A program made the translations under genes and the position numbers. DNA of 52,428 bases, taken from NCBI GenBank assembly GCA_043814095.1, contig JBDRKI010000097.1, positions 1-52,428 of the forward strand. The letters run 5' to 3'. Source of the DNA: Armatimonadota bacterium (GTDB taxonomy: Bacteria; Vulcanimicrobiota; JACPDS01; JBDRKI01). The notes below the pieces were generated by a model, which saw nothing but the letters and a program-made list of their open reading frames with translations, searched no databases and was not told where the DNA came from. This document shows positions 18,549 through 28,128 of this stretch, piece after piece (within the stretch, counting starts at the first letter, position 1; every line of letters begins with the position of its first letter).

Positions 18549-19562
18549 TTAAGATATTATATTCAGCTTATATAAACATTTCGTGCACTCGTTTCCGTTC
18601 TTAATATTTATTTCATCAGTGCCCATATATCCTCTTTTTATAACAATGGATTTGCATTTGGGACAGAAGGTATCAGACCATTCTTCTTTATAAATATTGC
18701 CTACATAAACATAAGAAAGTTTTTTAGAAGCATATTCATACGCGAAGTCCAGTGCTTCCATGCTGGTGGGAGGTTCCTTCATCTTATACTCGGGCCTGTA
18801 TCTTGAAAAATGAAGAGGGGTATCTTTCCCCAAATTATCATAAACCCAGTCAACCAGCTTCATTATATCTTCTTTAGAATCATTCCTGCCTGTTATAATA
18901 AGGTTTGTAAGCTCTATAAGGCAGCTGTCATTCATTATCCTGCATGTATTTAAAACAGGCTCCAGCCTCCCGTGGCACAGTTTTTTATAAAAATCATCAT
19001 TCATAGCTTTTAAATCTATATTAGCTGCGTCTATGAATGGGAGAATCTCTTTAAGGGGCTCTTCATTAACAAACCCGTTTGTAACTAAAACATTATTCAA
19101 ACCTTTCTTTTTTACAAGCTGAGAGGTTTCATATACATATTCATACCATATAAAAGGCTCGTTATATGTATACGCTATCCCTATATTCCCCGAATCTTTA
19201 TACTTTAACGCGGCATCAACAGCTTCTTTGCAAGATAAATCCTCTACATCCCTGACGGAACCATCACAGGATGCCTGGCTTATAGACCAGTTCTGACAGA
19301 AATCACAGCTTAAGTTACATCCCAGTGTACCTAATGATAATATATTGGATCCCGGATAAAAATTGTATAGGGGTTTCTTTTCTATAGGGTCTATACCGAC
19401 AGAGGAAACCTTACCGTAATTTAATGAATATAATGTACCGTCAATATTTTTCCTGTTCCTGCATATACCAACTCTATCTTTTTTAATAATGCAGTTATGG
19501 GGACATAGCAGGCACTGTACTGCCCCGTCATCCGTCTTTTTATAATACATAGCTTTTTTCAT
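18549..19562 (-). CDS. amrS: AmmeMemoRadiSam system radical SAM enzyme
   Basis: CLLCPHNC, DPIEKKPLYNFYPG, CNLSCDFCQNW (CxxxCxxC), AYTYNEP. Confidence 0.92.
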   Translation of the reverse strand: MKKAMYYKKTDDGAVQCLLCPHNCIIKKDRVGICRNRKNIDGTLYSLNYGKVSSVGIDPIEKKPLYNFYPGSNILSLGTLGCNLSCDFCQNWSISQASCDGSVRDVEDLSCKEAVDAALKYKDSGNIGIAYTYNEPFIWYEYVYETSQLVKKKGLNNVLVTNGFVNEEPLKEILPFIDAANIDLKAMNDDFYKKLCHGRLEPVLNTCRIMNDSCLIELTNLIITGRNDSKEDIMKLVDWVYDNLGKDTPLHFSRYRPEYKMKEPPTSMEALDFAYEYASKKLSYVYVGNIYKEEWSDTFCPKCKSIVIKRGYMGTDEINIKNGNECTKCLYKLNIIS

Positions 19563-19609
19563 AATAATATTATTTTTCGCTATTTACATTTGCTATCCTT
19601 TGAATAAAT

Positions 19610-19644
19610 AAATAAAAACACCCCGACATGATGCCGGAGTGTTT
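19610..19644 (-). terminator. Probable terminator between the Fic gene and amrS
   Basis: Minus strand AAACACTCCGGCAT-C-ATGTCGGGGTGTTT (two G:U pairs) followed by TTATTT. Confidence 0.6.
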
Positions 19645-19648
19645 AAAA

Positions 19649-20797
19649 TTATATTGTTTCCACTATATAACAGGGTCTGACCCTAAGTTGCAAGGTTTTT
19701 TCATTTCCTCGATAAATTGCCGATAAACCGTAGGATCTTGACCGGTTAGCCCTATCAGCCAAGATTAACCAGCCGTCTTTAAGCCATTTTTGCAAAAGAA
19801 TCCGCGACATACGGCTCGATAATCCAAGCGCTTGCGCGACATCCTTCGCCGCGATGCGATCTTTTTTGGCAAAAAGAGAAAGAACAATCCGCGGCCTGCG
19901 GTCAAGCCGGCGTAATTTTTCGGGTTCAATTTTTACGCCTATTTTTGAATAAAGCATGGTTTCATTTTTCGCCTGCGCAAACACTTTAGACAGTAACGAA
20001 GCAAAATATTCAATCCACGAAGTCAGATCCGCTTCCGCTCTGCCCTCATAATAATTATGACGCTTGTTAACCTCGAGCGAATTATAATACCCCGCCAAAT
20101 CTCGGGCATGGTGTTCTTCCATCGAAAAAAATCCATTTAAGCCGTATCCGTCGCGCTGTAATATGAATGTCGCCGAAAGTCTTGCGGTACGGCCATTTCC
20201 GTCATAATAAGGGTGAATCGTAACAAATTGATAATGCGCCAGCGCCGCAATGATCGGAATGGGTACTTTTTCCTTTTCGGCCTTACGCGCCCGGCGCACC
20301 ATTTCACCCATAAGCGCAGGAACATCTTTCGCTTCCGGGGACAAATAAATAATTCTACCCGTCTGTGAATCTCTGATAACATTTTGACCGTCACGGTAAT
20401 GCGTGGGTTTCGCGCGCTTGTCTCTCTCTACAATCGCGTGCAGACGCTTAATCATGTCCTCGGAGAATTCAGCACGGTTAGCGGCTAAATTTTCGGTTTT
20501 AAGCAAAGCGTCCCAGTAATTACGGACCTCTTCAACATCGCGTTCCCTGCCATGAAAATAAGTTTTTTTCTTCTCAATAATATCCTGAGCCTCTTTAAGC
20601 GTAAGGCGGTTTCCTTCAATCCGCGTTGAATAATGTGTAAAGCGAATCCGCGCCTTATGCCTTAGTTCTGCTTCCGCCGCGGGCGATAAAGGGATGTTTT
20701 CCACTGCAGCTCTGGCCGCTTCTATCTCCATAAGCGAACGGGCAATATTTGAGTTAATGCTATATATAGGTTTCCAAATTAATAGCTTTTTATTCAT
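19649..20797 (-). CDS. Fic family protein (class II, auto-inhibited) with C-terminal HTH
   Basis: HPYYDGNGRTAR Fic motif; N-terminal STRIEGN inhibitory motif; C-terminal AKDVAQALGLS HTH-like segment. Confidence 0.92.
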   Translation of the reverse strand: MNKKLLIWKPIYSINSNIARSLMEIEAARAAVENIPLSPAAEAELRHKARIRFTHYSTRIEGNRLTLKEAQDIIEKKKTYFHGRERDVEEVRNYWDALLKTENLAANRAEFSEDMIKRLHAIVERDKRAKPTHYRDGQNVIRDSQTGRIIYLSPEAKDVPALMGEMVRRARKAEKEKVPIPIIAALAHYQFVTIHPYYDGNGRTARLSATFILQRDGYGLNGFFSMEEHHARDLAGYYNSLEVNKRHNYYEGRAEADLTSWIEYFASLLSKVFAQAKNETMLYSKIGVKIEPEKLRRLDRRPRIVLSLFAKKDRIAAKDVAQALGLSSRMSRILLQKWLKDGWLILADRANRSRSYGLSAIYRGNEKTLQLRVRPCYIVETI

Positions 20798-20911
20798 TTT
20801 ATTTCTGTTATTTTTAGTTATCTCCTGTTTTGATTGTCTTGAGATAAGCTTCGGCCTGACACCTCATTTGATTTTTTCATCCCGTTCTATAAAACAAAAA
20901 ACTTTGCACCT

Positions 20912-21418
20912 TTAATGGAACCTATTTACTTCAAATCTGAAAAGCTGAATTTGCTCACCTTCATGTATGCCGGCTTTCTGAGCGGCAATTGATACCTGGT
21001 GTTCAACAGTATCCACTCCCTCAAGATCGGGAAGAAGAAGTCCCCTTTTAAATCCCGACTGGACTATTACACCGTACTTTTTAGGATCTAGATCTTTTAA
21101 AGAAGATACGGGCTCAGGGGATGTCAGAACATCCACTGATATCGTTAAATCATCTATTTCATCCGCTGTTACGGCAGGAAACCTGGAGTCTCTTGTTGAT
21201 GCGCTTATCGCGTTTTCTATTATCTCTTCCGCCAAGCTCTCCCTTACCGGCTCTATCGTTCCTATACAGCCCCTTAGCTGTCCCTGTTTTTTTAAACTTA
21301 CAAAACATGCACGGGGCTCTTTCATCTCATCAGAAAGATTCTCTGGCACAGGTATTGTTTTATCTTTTTTTACATATTCATCTATAGTTTTCTTTGCTAA
21401 CTCAACATATTTATGCAT
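20912..21418 (-). CDS. amrA: AmmeMemoRadiSam system protein A (AMMECR1)
   Basis: CFVSL...[24 protein letters not shown]. Confidence 0.92.
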   Translation of the reverse strand: MHKYVELAKKTIDEYVKKDKTIPVPENLSDEMKEPRACFVSLKKQGQLRGCIGTIEPVRESLAEEIIENAISASTRDSRFPAVTADEIDDLTISVDVLTSPEPVSSLKDLDPKKYGVIVQSGFKRGLLLPDLEGVDTVEHQVSIAAQKAGIHEGEQIQLFRFEVNRFH

Positions 21419-21427
21419 AATATCACC

Positions 21428-22252
21428 TTACTCTACATCAAATTTTATAACCGCGTACCCTACGCCAAAAGGTCCTTCATAAGATAAAACCTTAGGCTTA
21501 ACATTAAAGTTACTTAACATACCCAGCATCATTATTATTGGACGCAGGCCGCATTCCCCTGCCTGCTCTATAAGGTTTGTATCCATATTCAAAATATCGT
21601 TAACTTTATATTCTCCTAAAAGTTTTACAAGAAGTTCGTCAAATACCCTGCCTTTTTCATTATAGCCGGCGGGAGCATCGGGTGTAAGCCTGTGTGAAAG
21701 GTCCCCGCTTGCCACAAGGGCAATCTTTTTCGGAGACTTCTTTATAATCCCTGATATTACTTTCCCGAAATCAAAAAGCTGTTTAAAGCTCCATAAGGAG
21801 AATGTCATAGGAAGCAGTTTAGAACAGAATCCCTTTTCTTTTAGATAATAAAGCGGGACCATTAAGGCGTGATCAACCGTGTAGTTTATAAAATTACTGC
21901 GGGAGACATCTTCATTAAGCACAACAACCTTAAAACCCGCTTCTGTTTCTTTTTTATATATATCCCGGGCAAGTTCCGTGTCTATCTCAAACTTCATGTT
22001 TACAGAACCCGCTCCGAAATTTGAAAGATCCCCGGATATCTCTTTATCCGCAAGAATGCATAAAGCATCAGCAAAAACAGGCCCGTGGGGCGTAATCATT
22101 AATAAAGTATCGGGTTTTTTATTAACAAGCTCCTCTGCCATAAGAGAAAGAGCATCTGCGGAGTTTTTAACCGTATTTACGGCACTCCCCCCTACTTCAG
22201 GCACTAAAAGGGGCGGGTGAGGTGAAAGCGCGGCATAAACCAAAGACATCAT
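21428..22252 (-). CDS. amrB: AmmeMemoRadiSam system protein B (Memo/LigB-like dioxygenase fold)
   Basis: SPHPP, TPHGP, DHALMVPL, ASGDLSH, GECG, YEGPFGVGY; adjacent to amrA. Confidence 0.8.
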   Translation of the reverse strand: MMSLVYAALSPHPPLLVPEVGGSAVNTVKNSADALSLMAEELVNKKPDTLLMITPHGPVFADALCILADKEISGDLSNFGAGSVNMKFEIDTELARDIYKKETEAGFKVVVLNEDVSRSNFINYTVDHALMVPLYYLKEKGFCSKLLPMTFSLWSFKQLFDFGKVISGIIKKSPKKIALVASGDLSHRLTPDAPAGYNEKGRVFDELLVKLLGEYKVNDILNMDTNLIEQAGECGLRPIIMMLGMLSNFNVKPKVLSYEGPFGVGYAVIKFDVE

Positions 22253-22297
22253 ATCCTCCGGGTTTATAATTCGGGCATATTCTACCTTTAACAGAAG

Positions 22298-22660
22298 TTA
22301 AAGACTGTTAAATTTACAATCTTTTAATATTTGGCGAACCTGTTTCTTAAAGACAGGGATATCTTTTTTGCATATACTCCATACCAGTTCTAAGTCTACA
22401 CCGAAATAATCATGAATAAGCTTATCTCTAGCGCCGGCAATATCTTTCCATTTTATTTCACTATATGTTCTTTTTAAATCCACCGACACATTTTTAACTG
22501 CTTCGCCTATTACCTCCAACTGCCTTATTACAGCGCTTTGGATTAGAATGCTTTTTATAAATTTTGCTTTTGAAATTCCACGGGTGAAATTTTCTATGTT
22601 TTTCACCGCATCAAACACATGTTTCAAATAAACATTATCTTTAAAATTATTTTTTTTCAT
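22298..22660 (-). CDS. HepT-like (DUF86/HEPN) RNase toxin
   Basis: AVIRQLEVIGEA, IAGARDKLIHDYFG (Rx4HxY motif). Confidence 0.9.
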   Translation of the reverse strand: MKKNNFKDNVYLKHVFDAVKNIENFTRGISKAKFIKSILIQSAVIRQLEVIGEAVKNVSVDLKRTYSEIKWKDIAGARDKLIHDYFGVDLELVWSICKKDIPVFKKQVRQILKDCKFNSL

Positions 22661-22973
22661 ATATTACCCTCATAGAATCCAAAATATCATTCCTTAAATA
22701 CGGGCTGAGGCTCCCGGGTGTCAATAGATCAACTTTTCTTTTGAATAATTTCTGAAATTCGTTTTCTGCGTGCACTAAATCAAGCAGGCTTTTTTCTTTG
22801 GATTTGTCAAATTTTATTATTATATCAATATCGCTTCCTGTCCTTTGAGTCCCAACAGCAAATGACCCGAATAAAGCCATGAAAATAATATCATTGTTTC
22901 TGCAAATATCAACCAATTTCTCTTTATTTATTTTTCTGCTTAATTGTTTTGGCAAATTATTTAATCGTAACAT
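22647..22973 (-). CDS. MntA-like minimal nucleotidyltransferase antitoxin
   Basis: LFGSFAVGTQRTGSDIDI (GSx10DxD), RKVDLLT; overlaps the HEPN gene. Confidence 0.9.
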   Translation of the reverse strand: MLRLNNLPKQLSRKINKEKLVDICRNNDIIFMALFGSFAVGTQRTGSDIDIIIKFDKSKEKSLLDLVHAENEFQKLFKRKVDLLTPGSLSPYLRNDILDSMRVIYEKK

Positions 22974-23026
22974 ATTTTAACCTCGCATTACTATTCTTCT
23001 TTACGCAACTATCTCCTTGTCATTCA

Positions 23027-23932
23027 TTATTCTTTAAATACTTTTACGGGCTTAACTTCTATATTTTTATCTATTACCAGTTCTCCCAACGCGATTAAAG
23101 CACCTGTCCCGGTATATATGAATAATTTTTCTTTATCTTTTAATTCTAATTTGTTATCTTTCTCAAAATCATCAATTATTAAACTGACGCCGTTGAAAAT
23201 TTTGCTCTCAAGCCCCTTTTTTACTTTAAGCGACGGGTATAAGGAGAAAACATCCCGTACCGGTATAATTATATTCTTAATCTCTTCTTCATTCATATTA
23301 TTAAAACTGTCTAAAGATACACTGTTATTTATAAAAAAGGAGCCGGACTGCTCCCTTACAAGAGAAGATAAGGCAGTTAATTCTCCCAGCTTTCTTCCTA
23401 TATCTTCACACAATGTCCTTACATATGTGCCGGGTGAGGCTTTAACCCTGAATTTAATTTCAGGATGATTATAACTTAATAATTCTATTGAAAAAATCTC
23501 TATATCTCTGGGGGTAAGCTTAAAATCAATATCTTTCCTTGCTAAATCATAAGCTTTTCTACCTGAAACCTTTACTGCGCTGTATTTTGGAGGAGTCTGT
23601 TTTGAGTGGCCTGAAAAAGACTTTAATGTGTCTTTTAAAAATACTTCATCTATAATCCGGGGAGCTTTCTTCTCTATGATTTTTCCCTGCATATCTAAAG
23701 TATCGGTATGAATCCCGAGGGTTATTTCCGCAAGATAAGTTTTTATCTGGGCAGGAAGAAACTGGATAAGGCGCGTAGCGTTTTCTAAAGCTACGGGCAG
23801 AACGCCTTCTGCCATTGGATCCAGTGTTCCGAGATGTCCGGTTTTGGTTTTGAGCTTTTTCCTTACTTTATAAACTACATCATGAGAAGTTAAGTCTTTG
23901 GGTTTATAAATATTTAAAAAGCCGTTAAACAT
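23027..23932 (-). CDS. truB: tRNA pseudouridine(55) synthase
   Basis: TSHDVV, GHLGTLDPMAEGVL, PPKYSAVKVSG, GTYVRTL. Confidence 0.95.
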   Translation of the reverse strand: MFNGFLNIYKPKDLTSHDVVYKVRKKLKTKTGHLGTLDPMAEGVLPVALENATRLIQFLPAQIKTYLAEITLGIHTDTLDMQGKIIEKKAPRIIDEVFLKDTLKSFSGHSKQTPPKYSAVKVSGRKAYDLARKDIDFKLTPRDIEIFSIELLSYNHPEIKFRVKASPGTYVRTLCEDIGRKLGELTALSSLVREQSGSFFINNSVSLDSFNNMNEEEIKNIIIPVRDVFSLYPSLKVKKGLESKIFNGVSLIIDDFEKDNKLELKDKEKLFIYTGTGALIALGELVIDKNIEVKPVKVFKE

Positions 23933-23935
23933 AAT

Positions 23936-24502
23936 CTATAATTCCAGATACTGGTAATTAAGTCTCTGAAGTATCTTCTGCCTGGTTTTAAGTAAGTTAA
24001 CTATCTTCTCTGCTCCCTGCTTCGGAGTTAAGTCAGTAGTATCAAGCTGTATGGAAACTTTTTTGTATATCTCACCTTTATTTGCAAGAAACTCCCTTAT
24101 CCTGCTTATAAGGGAATCGTCTCCGTGAAGCTGGGGGCGCTGGTGCAGCTTGCGCAGTCTTTCTTCCAGAGATTTCTCATCAGCCTTTATGCAGATTATA
24201 AGTCCGCTTTTTAGAAACAAGTTCTTTATGTCTTCATTTAATATAGTTGTACCGCCCGTTGCCACCACCCTGTTTTTCATATCGCTTAATTTATGCGCTA
24301 ATTCCAGCTCTTTCTTTTTAAAATATTCTTCCCCGAAATCGCTAAATATCTGAGCAAGGGATAATTTTTCTTCTTTTTCAATCTCCCTGTCCATATCAAT
24401 AAATTTACGGCCGAGCATTTTCGCAAGCTCTTTTCCCAGAGTGCTTTTGCCCGTTCCCATAAAACCGGCTATGTAAATATTGCTTTTGGGAAGATTCGCC
24501 AC
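23936..24502 (-). CDS. aroK: Shikimate kinase-like P-loop kinase
   Basis: GFMGTGKST, FIDMDREIE, GEEYF, VATGG; some shikimate-binding residues are substituted. Confidence 0.7.
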   Translation of the reverse strand: MANLPKSNIYIAGFMGTGKSTLGKELAKMLGRKFIDMDREIEKEEKLSLAQIFSDFGEEYFKKKELELAHKLSDMKNRVVATGGTTILNEDIKNLFLKSGLIICIKADEKSLEERLRKLHQRPQLHGDDSLISRIREFLANKGEIYKKVSIQLDTTDLTPKQGAEKIVNLLKTRQKILQRLNYQYLEL

Positions 24503-24511
24503 TTTTTATCC

Positions 24512-26224
24512 TCAAACTTCCAGAATAACAGGCACAATCATAGGCCTTCTTTTTATCTGTTTCTGGAAAAATTTCGTCAGAACCTCTCTGACTTCGTTTT
24601 TAACCATAGTTATCTCGTAAAGCTGTTTTTGGTGCGCTTTATTGAAAATTTCTCTGGCCAGCTCTTTGGATTTTTCCATCATCTCCTTAGACACGCTGAA
24701 ATATACAAACCCTCTGGATATAACTTCCGGACCGCTTAAAAGTTCGCCCGTTGACCTGTCTACTGTCGCGACCACCATGCATATGCCGTCATTTGAAAGA
24801 TGCTTCCTGTCCCTTAAGACAGCCTTACCGATATCTCCTATCCCCAGCCCATCAATTAAAACCTCGCCGCTCATTATTTTACCGTCTACCTTAATGCCGT
24901 CTTTGTTTATATGCACAATATCGCCGTTCTCTATAAGAAAAATATTGTCTTTATCAATACCGCACCCTTTAGCTATATTGCTGTGCTGGACAAGGTGCCG
25001 GTATTCTCCGTGAATGGGAATAAAATGCTTCGGCCTTACCAGAGCGAAAAGCTCTTCCAGCTCTTCCCTGTTAGCATGACCGCTTACATGTATCCTGGGT
25101 GTACTGCCCGAACCCAGCATCATTGTGGCATAATTATATATAACGTTAGCACCTTGTTTGAATAACAGATTAACAGTGTTATTAACCAGCATCTCGTTTC
25201 CGGGGACCGGCGTGGCCGATATAATAACCGTATCACCCGATTTTATTGTTATCCACTTATAATTATTTGTAGCCATAAGAGTAAGAACTGACATCGGCTC
25301 TCCCTGAGAACCCGTTGTTAACATAACTACATCTTTATCTTTCATTTTATCTATATTTTCAATCTTAAAAGTAATATCATGGGGAATTTTTAAAAAACCC
25401 AGTTCTTTAGTAACATTTACATTATTTACAAGACTCCTACCCACAAACGCTATCTTCCTGCCGGCTTTTTTGGTACAGTCAATAATCTGCTGGATCCTGG
25501 GTATTGAAGAAGCAAATGACGTTATAATTATTCTTCCCGGACACTGGGAGAAAATCTCTTCAAGTGTCCTGCCTACATCTTTCTCCGGAGCCGAATGGCC
25601 CCATCTTTCGGCATAGGTACTGTCGGACAGAAGAAGAAACACGCCTTTATCGCCGAAAGAGCGGAGTTTTTCCTTGTTTACAGTTTTGCCGTCTATGGGA
25701 TCATCGTCAAACTTAAAGTCTCCGCTGTGAATTATCATGCCGAAAGGGGTCTCAATCGCAAGGCCTATACCTTCGGTTATGCTGTGAACAACCCTGAAAG
25801 TATCTATCCTGAAACTTCCTATGGCTACCTTATCATCAGGAGAAAATTCTATTAACTCTATCTTATCAAAATCAAACTCCCTTAATTTAGATTTTAATAT
25901 GGCAAGCGTTAATTTAGTGCCGTATATAGGCGCGTCTATATTATTAAGGATATAAGGGAGGGCACCTATATGATCTTCATGACCGTGCGTGAGTATTATA
26001 CCTTTTATTTTATCTTTATTCTCTATAAGATAGCTTATATCCGGTATAACAAGGTCAACACCGTACATATCCTCTTTAGGAAACATAAGCCCCGCATCTA
26101 TAATAAGTATCTCATCTTTGTAATGCAGGACCATCATGTTTTTGCCTATCTCGCCCACACCGCCCAAAGGGGCAAGCCACATAGTATCTTTAGGAGGATT
26201 TTGATTCTCTAAATTCTTAGCCAT
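24512..26224 (-). CDS. rnj: Ribonuclease J
   Basis: PLGGVGEIGKN, THGHEDHIG, TGSQGEP, HVSGHA, PIHGEYRH; start taken at ATG 26224 after AAGGTG. Confidence 0.96.
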   Translation of the reverse strand: MAKNLENQNPPKDTMWLAPLGGVGEIGKNMMVLHYKDEILIIDAGLMFPKEDMYGVDLVIPDISYLIENKDKIKGIILTHGHEDHIGALPYILNNIDAPIYGTKLTLAILKSKLREFDFDKIELIEFSPDDKVAIGSFRIDTFRVVHSITEGIGLAIETPFGMIIHSGDFKFDDDPIDGKTVNKEKLRSFGDKGVFLLLSDSTYAERWGHSAPEKDVGRTLEEIFSQCPGRIIITSFASSIPRIQQIIDCTKKAGRKIAFVGRSLVNNVNVTKELGFLKIPHDITFKIENIDKMKDKDVVMLTTGSQGEPMSVLTLMATNNYKWITIKSGDTVIISATPVPGNEMLVNNTVNLLFKQGANVIYNYATMMLGSGSTPRIHVSGHANREELEELFALVRPKHFIPIHGEYRHLVQHSNIAKGCGIDKDNIFLIENGDIVHINKDGIKVDGKIMSGEVLIDGLGIGDIGKAVLRDRKHLSNDGICMVVATVDRSTGELLSGPEVISRGFVYFSVSKEMMEKSKELAREIFNKAHQKQLYEITMVKNEVREVLTKFFQKQIKRRPMIVPVILEV

Positions 26225-26235
26225 ATATATCACCT

Positions 26236-27336
26236 TTACTTATTTATTTTAATGCTTCCTTTAACAAAAGGGCCTTTAATAACTTCCGCTTTTAAAAGCC
26301 TGTCCCTTACTTTTATATTTATAATACTGCCCGGATCTTTCTTTGTTTTATTTACATACCCAAGCCCTATGCTCTGGTTTAACGAAGGAGAAAAAGTACC
26401 GCTTGTAACTTCCCCTATTTTTTCAATCTCATCATAAATATCATAACCTTTGCGGGGTATGCCTTTGTCCAGCATTTTAAAGCCGACAAGGTATCTTTGC
26501 CTTTTAAAATTTTCCAGAGCCTGCTTCCCGATAAAATCACCTTTATCAAGTTTTACGACCCAGTTTAAGCCCGCTTCAACCGGATTTACCTCTTCATTAA
26601 TATCATTGCCGTAAAGGCAGTATCTTGCTTCAAGCCTTAAAGTGTCTCTTGCGCCAAGCCCCACAGGCTCCATATTATATCCGGCGCCGGCATCTGTAAT
26701 TAAATCCCAGACAGCGGGAGATTTATCATTATCAACATATACCTCAAAACCATCCTCGCCGGTATAACCCGTTCTGGATATTAAAACATCTATCTCCCCT
26801 ATTTTCACGTCAGCGCAGTTATAGTACTTAAGCTTGGATAAATCAATATCTATGATTTTCTGCAGTATATTCTCAGAAACAGGACCCTGCACAGCTATTA
26901 AAGAAAGCCTGTCGGAAGCATTCTCAATCTCCGCGTCCGCTTCTTTATGCATGCATATCCAGTTGTATATTTTCTGCATGTTGGAGGCATTAACCACGAG
27001 AAAATAATAACTGCCCCTGTTATAAACAAGGATATCGTCAAGTATGCCCCCGTCATCCCTGCATAGGGGGGTATAAAGTATCTGCCCTTCCGAAAGCTTG
27101 CTTATATCATTTGTCGTAAGTCTCTGCACGAGAGAGAAAGCGCCACTGCCTTTTACTATAATCTCCCCCATATGCGATAAATCAAAGATACCGGCTTTTT
27201 CTCTCGTGACGCGGTGTTCGTTTAATATGCCCGAATACTCAACAGGCATAAGAAAATCACCGAATTCTATCATCTTAGCGCCGAGAGCCGTGTGTTTTTC
27301 ATAAAGCGCCGTCTTTTTCAAGTTTTTTGTTTCCAT
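26236..27336 (-). CDS. gcvT: Glycine cleavage system aminomethyltransferase T
   Basis: FDLSHMGE, SRTGYTGEDGFE, GLGARDTLRLEA; start taken at ATG 27336 after GGAGG. Confidence 0.95.
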   Translation of the reverse strand: METKNLKKTALYEKHTALGAKMIEFGDFLMPVEYSGILNEHRVTREKAGIFDLSHMGEIIVKGSGAFSLVQRLTTNDISKLSEGQILYTPLCRDDGGILDDILVYNRGSYYFLVVNASNMQKIYNWICMHKEADAEIENASDRLSLIAVQGPVSENILQKIIDIDLSKLKYYNCADVKIGEIDVLISRTGYTGEDGFEVYVDNDKSPAVWDLITDAGAGYNMEPVGLGARDTLRLEARYCLYGNDINEEVNPVEAGLNWVVKLDKGDFIGKQALENFKRQRYLVGFKMLDKGIPRKGYDIYDEIEKIGEVTSGTFSPSLNQSIGLGYVNKTKKDPGSIINIKVRDRLLKAEVIKGPFVKGSIKINK

Positions 27337-27356
27337 TTGCTGCCTCCGCTTTTTCA

Positions 27357-28121
27357 TTATGTTTTTTCACATACCCATATCATTTCCTGCGAATTGTTTG
27401 AAAATTCAGTTTTATTAAAATCACCGTATAAATTAAGAACTTTAAAGTTGCATTTTGTAAGCAGGTGGTACATTTCAAAAGGAAATATATACCTTGAATT
27501 AAGCTTAACTTTTTGCCTGGAGCTCTTACCTGTTTTACTGTTCTTTAAAGTAAGGCCTATAGTTAATTCTATAGTCTGGTTAAAGGTATCATACTTGCTG
27601 TCAAACTCACATTCCAGTGTTCTGTCAAGATCAACATTAATTATCTTTTTGTCTTCCTTATGTTTGCCTTTAGATATCCACTTAAGATTCGGCACAAAAA
27701 TATTGAAAATCAGTTTTCCCTGCGCTTTAAGATGGTTATGAATACTGTTTAAACATTTCTCTTGATCACCGAGGGAAAGAAGGTGAAGAAATGACCTGAA
27801 AGGTATGATACAGGCGCCGAATCTTTCAGGGAGGTTAAAAGACCTCATATCCTGTTCCTCAAACCTTATATTTCCGGAAATTTTACCGGTATTCGCAAGC
27901 TTCATACGGGCCTGTTCAAGCATTTTAGAAGATATATCAAGTCCCACAACCTTTAAACCGGCGCATGCAAGCGGTATTGTTACCCTGCCCGTGCCGCAGC
28001 CGAGCTCAAGTACAGGCTGGCGTTCATTCTTTACGGCTTCATAATAAAAGTTAATGTCTTCTTTTGCGTCCTGCCATACAATGTCGTAAAATTCTGCCCA
28101 TAAATCGTAGCCGTGCGCCAT
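27357..28121 (-). CDS. Class I SAM-dependent methyltransferase
   Basis: VLELGCGTGR, GLDISSKML, QDMRSF. Confidence 0.88.
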   Translation of the reverse strand: MAHGYDLWAEFYDIVWQDAKEDINFYYEAVKNERQPVLELGCGTGRVTIPLACAGLKVVGLDISSKMLEQARMKLANTGKISGNIRFEEQDMRSFNLPERFGACIIPFRSFLHLLSLGDQEKCLNSIHNHLKAQGKLIFNIFVPNLKWISKGKHKEDKKIINVDLDRTLECEFDSKYDTFNQTIELTIGLTLKNSKTGKSSRQKVKLNSRYIFPFEMYHLLTKCNFKVLNLYGDFNKTEFSNNSQEMIWVCEKT

Positions 28122-28128
28122 CTTATCC

